The position numbers and the translations under genes were made by a program. From contig CBDHDN010000064.1 in the NCBI GenBank assembly GCA_965261585.1, forward strand, positions 51,824 through 115,823: a DNA stretch of 64,000 nt, read 5' to 3'. The notes below the pieces were generated by a model. That model was not told the origin of the DNA and made no database searches. It saw only the letters and a program-made list of their open reading frames with translations. Shown in pieces: positions 60,307 to 64,000 of the stretch. The stretch is from Alphaproteobacteria bacterium (lineage in GTDB: Bacteria; Pseudomonadota; Alphaproteobacteria; UBA6615). The stretch's first letter is position 1. Every line of letters begins with the position of its first letter.

Positions 60307-60445
60307 CGCGGCTCCGCGCCCTTACGGGGTCGTTAACCCGCGAATACGTAGAAGCAGGGCACGGGGGATCGCCGGCGCCCGCCCCGGGGCATTTGTGGTC
60401 GTGGCCCTACTTTGTGGCGGCGACTTGCGCAGCGGGGCCGAAACA

Positions 60446-61522
60446 ATGCGGCACGACCGTCGGGCAGGGGAGAGCGTGCCGGCCCCAGCGCCTGCCGAGG
60501 CCGCGCCGGCCGAGCGGGTCGCGCCGGCCGAGCGGGCCGGGCCGGCGGAGCGGCGCCGGCTCAACCTGGCACTGCAGGGCGGCGGCGCGTTGGGCGCCTT
60601 CACCTGGGGCGTCGTCGACGGCCTGCTGGCCGACGGCCGCATCGCCATCGACAGCGTCAGCGGTGCCAGCGCCGGCACGGTCAACGCGGTTTGCCTGGCC
60701 GCCGGCCTGGCCGAGGGCGGCATCGAGCGGGCACGTGCGATCCTGGACGAGGTGTGGACCCGCGTCGGCCGCGAGGCTGACCGGCTGCGGCCGCTCTCGG
60801 CGACGGCGCTGGCCCAGTCGTGGGCCCGCTACCTGTCGCCCTATCAGCTGAACCCGTTCAATCTCAATCCGCTGCGCGACATCCTGGCGGCGACGATCGA
60901 CTTCGAGCGGCTGCGCGAGAACGGCCGCGTCGCGCTTTATCTTTCGGCGACCGACGCGGCAACCGGCAAGCCGCGCATTTTCACGACCGGCGAGGTGACC
61001 CTCGACGTCGTGCTGGCCTTGGCCTGTCTGCCGTCGCTGCACCACGCCGTGCGCGTGCACGAGCGCCACTACTGGGACGGCGGCTTCACGGCGAACCCGC
61101 CGATCATGCCGCTGGTCCGTCACGCCGGCGCCGCCGACACGCTGATCGTCGAGCTCAACCGCGGCGACGACGACCCGGTGCCGACCCAGGCGTCGGAGAT
61201 CCAGCACCGGCTGAGCCGGATGTCGTTCGCCGAGCCGTTCCGCCGCGAGCTCGAGATGATCGAGCTGGCGCGCGAGGTCGCCCAGGACGGCTACTCGTTC
61301 GGCGGCACGCTGCGGCGCCGGCTGGTCCGCCACCGCTTCCACTTGATCGCCTCTGGCCGCCCGCCGGGCGCGTGCGAACTCGGCGGCAAGATCATGCCCG
61401 ACCGCCGCCTGCTGTGCGAGCTGATGGCCCGCGGCCAGGCCGCCGCCGCGGCCTGGCTCGCCGAGAGCCTCGCCGACGTCGGCGTTCGCTCGACGATCGA
61501 CCTGGCCGAGCACATCCGCTAG
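60446..61522 (+). CDS. Patatin-like phospholipase
   Basis: LALQGGGALGAFTWGV, SGASAGTVNA (GxSxG), YWDGGFTANPPI (DGG). Confidence 0.75.
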   Translation: MRHDRRAGESVPAPAPAEAAPAERVAPAERAGPAERRRLNLALQGGGALGAFTWGVVDGLLADGRIAIDSVSGASAGTVNAVCLAAGLAEGGIERARAILDEVWTRVGREADRLRPLSATALAQSWARYLSPYQLNPFNLNPLRDILAATIDFERLRENGRVALYLSATDAATGKPRIFTTGEVTLDVVLALACLPSLHHAVRVHERHYWDGGFTANPPIMPLVRHAGAADTLIVELNRGDDDPVPTQASEIQHRLSRMSFAEPFRRELEMIELAREVAQDGYSFGGTLRRRLVRHRFHLIASGRPPGACELGGKIMPDRRLLCELMARGQAAAAAWLAESLADVGVRSTIDLAEHIR

Positions 61523-61632
61523 CGGTCGTCCAGCGCGTTGATTTGGGTCAACACATGGCCCGACCGGCTGCCTAGTATGCGATGGCGAGGCGCGAGCGCG
61601 CCTGGTCCAACAACCGCGGGGACGCGTAGGTC

Positions 61633-62202
61633 ATGGCCGAGGAGAATTTCCAGGGCTACTTCGGCGGCGGCGACCCGGAAAACGCGCCGGAAGTCAGAAA
61701 CCACGCACGTTACGCGAGCTTCCACCTCGGCACGGGCGGCCGCTCGAAACGGCAACCGCCGTCGTCGCAGCGGCATAACATGTTCCTGGTCGCCGGCACC
61801 AAAGAGTCGGGCGCGGTCTATCACCCGGATACCGAGGCCGTGATCTCCTCGCCGGACAACTGCGCCTTCGACACCAGGGGCCGGCTTTGGATCTCCACCG
61901 ATCAGGGCTCGAAGCAGATAGCGGACAACATTCCCGACGGCATGTACGCCAGCGACGTGGAAGGCGCGGGCCGCGCGCTGCTCAAGCTCTTCTACGCCGT
62001 GCCGCGGAGCGCCGAGATGTGCGGTCCCGAGTTCACGCCGGACGGCAAGACCCTCTTCGTCGCGGTCCAGCACTCGGCCGAGGAGAAAGACTCGACCTTC
62101 GAGACGCCCTCGACCCGCTGGCCCGACGTCGCCGACGGTGTGCCGCCGCGGCCCTCGATCGTGGCCATCACCAAAGACGATGGCGGCCTGATCGGCACCT
62201 AG
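61633..62202 (+). pseudogene. PhoX-like (DUF839) phosphatase, C-terminal fragment only
   Basis: ...SPDNCAFDTRGRLWISTDQG...AEMCGPEFTPDGKTLFVAVQHSAEE... Only about 190 aa are present. Confidence 0.5.
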
Positions 62203-62226
62203 ACGGGAACTCTCCAGAGGCGCGTA

Positions 62227-62256
62227 GGGGGCGGCTTTTGCCGCCCCCTTTCGCTT
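62227..62256 (+). terminator. Rho-independent terminator
   Basis: GGGGGCGGC tttt GCCGCCCCC followed by TTTCGCTT. Confidence 0.5.
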
Positions 62257-62291
62257 GGTGTGTCAGCCATGGCGCGTCGTGTGAAAGTATT

Positions 62292-62368
62292 TGGCGCGCC
62301 CGGCAGGATTCGAACCTGCGACCCCTTGATTAGGAATCAAGTGCTCTATCCGGCTGAGCTACGGGCGC
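62292..62368 (-). tRNA. tRNA-Arg (anticodon CCT)
   Basis: rc: GCGCCCGTAGCTCAGCCGGATAGAGCACTTGATTCCTAATCAAGGGGTCGCAGGTTCGAATCCTGCCGGGCGCGCCA. 7-bp acceptor stem, GTTCGAATC T-loop, anticodon loop TTCCTAA. Confidence 0.85.
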
Positions 62369-62559
62369 CCCCGTTGTATTTCAATGACTTCGCCTACTTT
62401 CCCGCGCGGGGAGAAAGCCCTATATCACCACTATATCACCACCGCGCGTCATTCTGACCCCGCCAGCCCCGCAATTTCCAGCGCCTTCTCAACCGTGACG
62501 CCTTCGGCCGCGATCAGCTTGGCGAACACCTGCGCGCGAGAAACCATATCTTTCGGGTA

Positions 62560-63680
62560 GGCGTCAAATTTTAGGGGATTATAAAGACTACTTGACATTC
62601 TCAGGCTGACTCCCTATACACAGAGTGTCGGAAGGGAGAGTGGAAATGGCGAAGAAAGCACCCGGAAAAGCCCACCGCGAGGGACTGACCATCGTTCAGT
62701 TGATGGACATGTTCCCGACCGAGGGGGCCGCGACCGAGTGGTTCGAGTCGACGGTCTGGCCGGACGGCGAACGGTACTGCGGCAAGTGCGGATCGACGCG
62801 CACCCGCGAGGTTCCGAACGCGAAGCCGATGCCATACTGGTGCACCGACTGCCGCTCCTACTTCTCCGTCCGCACGGGTACGCCGATAGCGCGGTCGAAT
62901 GTCTCGCTGCGGAAGTGGGCCATCGCCATCTATCTCTGCCTGACAAACCTCAAGTCGGTTTCGTCCATGAAGCTGCGCCGGGACATTGGCGTTTCTCAGC
63001 CGACGGCGTGGTTCATGCTTCACCGTATCCGGCAGGCATGGGCGGTCGAACACGACGATCAGTTCGACGGCCCTGTAGAGGTCGATGAGACCTATTTCGG
63101 CGGCAAGCGCAAGAATATGAGCAAGGCAAAGCGCAAAGAGTTGGCGGGCACCGGGCGCGGAGCAGTCGGCAAGACCGCCGTGGTTGGTATGAAAGACCGG
63201 GACAGCAACATGGTGACGGCCCGTGTTGTTGACGAAACAGATGCCCAGACATTGCGGGGTTTCGTCTGTGATTATGCGGCCGAAGGCGCGACGGTTTACA
63301 CCGACGAGCACGGTGAATATCAGGGAATGCCCTTCGAGCACGAAACCGTGAAGCACAGCGTTGGCGAATACGTTTCCGGGATGGCCCATACCAACGGGAT
63401 CGAATCCTTCTGGTCTATGCTGAAACGCGCCCATAAGGGCACCTTCCACAAGATCAGCCCGAAGCATTTGCAGCGCTACGTCCATGAGTTTACTGGCAAG
63501 CACAACATTCGCGAGTCAGGAACGCTTGCGCAGATGCGGCACACCGTCGCCCGGCTGGTCGGGCGCAACCTTCTCTACCGCGACCTCATCGCGGACAACG
63601 GGCTTTCGTCGGGTTCCGGGGCGTAAGGGCTCCGTGCGGCGAAACAGCGCGCGCGCCAGCGTCTCGGGTGTCGCGCCAAC
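62560..63680 (+). mobile_element. IS1595-family insertion sequence (boundaries approximate)
   Basis: Single transposase gene with zinc-ribbon N-terminus. No clean IRs or 8-bp TSD could be identified by eye. Confidence 0.4.
62646..63626 (+). CDS. IS1595-family transposase
   Basis: ...CGKCGS...YWCTDCRSYFSVRTGT... (Zn ribbon), ...FMLHRIRQAW...VEVDETYFGGKRKN...TDEHGEYQGM... Confidence 0.7.
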   Translation: MAKKAPGKAHREGLTIVQLMDMFPTEGAATEWFESTVWPDGERYCGKCGSTRTREVPNAKPMPYWCTDCRSYFSVRTGTPIARSNVSLRKWAIAIYLCLTNLKSVSSMKLRRDIGVSQPTAWFMLHRIRQAWAVEHDDQFDGPVEVDETYFGGKRKNMSKAKRKELAGTGRGAVGKTAVVGMKDRDSNMVTARVVDETDAQTLRGFVCDYAAEGATVYTDEHGEYQGMPFEHETVKHSVGEYVSGMAHTNGIESFWSMLKRAHKGTFHKISPKHLQRYVHEFTGKHNIRESGTLAQMRHTVARLVGRNLLYRDLIADNGLSSGSGA

Positions 63681-63715
63681 CAAATCCACCTTCGGACCAA
63701 GCTTCGGCATGTATT

Positions 63716-63997
63716 TCATGTTGCAGCCCTCCATTCAGCCATGGTCTTGCCGCCCTTGGTGCGATTACAGCCCGAGCAAAGTAGTTGCAGGTTGTCGGTA
63801 TGGTCGGTGCCGCCCTTTGACCGGGGCAGGATGTGGTCAACGTCCATCACCCGGAACGGGAAGTGAGTCTCGCAGCCGACACACACGCCTTCCTGTTCGC
63901 CGTAGAGGCGGTGGCGGTGCGTCCGGTAGTTCGGAAGCTTGCCTAGGTCCGTGCGCTTAGGCGCCTCCGTGAGCGCTGTAGCTCCACCCCAAGGCAT
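63716..63997 (-). CDS. HNH endonuclease (may extend beyond window)
   Basis: ...CVGCETHFPFRVMDVDHILPRSKGGTDHTDNLQLLCSGCNRTKGG... Confidence 0.6.
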   Translation of the reverse strand: MPWGGATALTEAPKRTDLGKLPNYRTHRHRLYGEQEGVCVGCETHFPFRVMDVDHILPRSKGGTDHTDNLQLLCSGCNRTKGGKTMAEWRAAT

Positions 63998-64000
63998 TTT

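Noticed and set aside
62418-62441. Tandem repeat ctatatcacca x2 near the tRNA as a possible CRISPR or VNTR
   Set aside because: Only two units and no spacer-repeat periodicity. No cas genes in the window.

Overview
The window is a high-GC (roughly two-thirds G+C) chromosomal segment that resembles alphaproteobacterial DNA, and it is dominated by accessory and mobile DNA. All family calls below come from reading the six-frame translations against remembered motifs; no database search was possible.

Mobile elements. I count at least 12 insertion-sequence copies or fragments from 8 families:
- an ISKra4-like transposase fragment at 1-625;
- an undefined IS3-superfamily-like two-ORF element, called ISx here, present in four copies: one truncated and itself split by a nested IS3-family element, one with a genomic OrfA-OrfB fusion, and the three downstream copies carrying unusual 14-15 bp target duplications;
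- a frameshifted IS66-family remnant (3388-4780);
- an IS630-family element inserted at a CTAG (5897-6946);
- two near-identical, directly oriented IS1380-family copies (24275-25878 and 35089-36691) bracketing a 9.2-kb sulfatase/ABC-transporter cassette, a possible composite transposon;
- a 2.9-kb IS1-family 'transporter IS' (47558-50441) carrying a dinD homologue and three small ORFs, inserted into a heparinase II/III-like gene;
- an IS1595-family element (about 62560-63680) next to tRNA-Arg(CCT) and an HNH endonuclease.

Host content.
- Remnant of a peptide-modification (RiPP-like) locus: a frameshifted HprK-related kinase gene (4792-5678) and a PqqD-family gene (6963-7250), separated by the IS630 element.
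- A SoeABC-like molybdoenzyme operon (8939-13806) whose catalytic subunit has no twin-arginine signal, followed by genes for a universal stress protein, a TIGR02186-like protein, a TauE sulfite exporter, a frameshifted rhodanese and TusA.
- A PEP-CTERM protein and two divergent PrsT-like TPR proteins (17006-24274), with no exosortase in the window.
- Two tandem pentapeptide-repeat proteins.
- A GntR regulator, enolase-superfamily enzyme, sugar-type ABC transporter and sulfatase cassette between the IS1380 copies.
- A lower-GC islet (40750-47400) holding a hypothetical-Xre-RES three-gene toxin-antitoxin operon cut in three places by ISx copies.
- GST, SDR, a two-component flavin monooxygenase, a second sulfatase and a class-V aminotransferase.
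- A TacA/TacT toxin-antitoxin pair, a patatin-like phospholipase and a PhoX fragment.

Several host genes carry apparent single-base frameshifts (kinase, rhodanese, enolase-family, monooxygenase, ABC ATPase). These could be genuine decay or sequencing errors in GC homopolymer runs.
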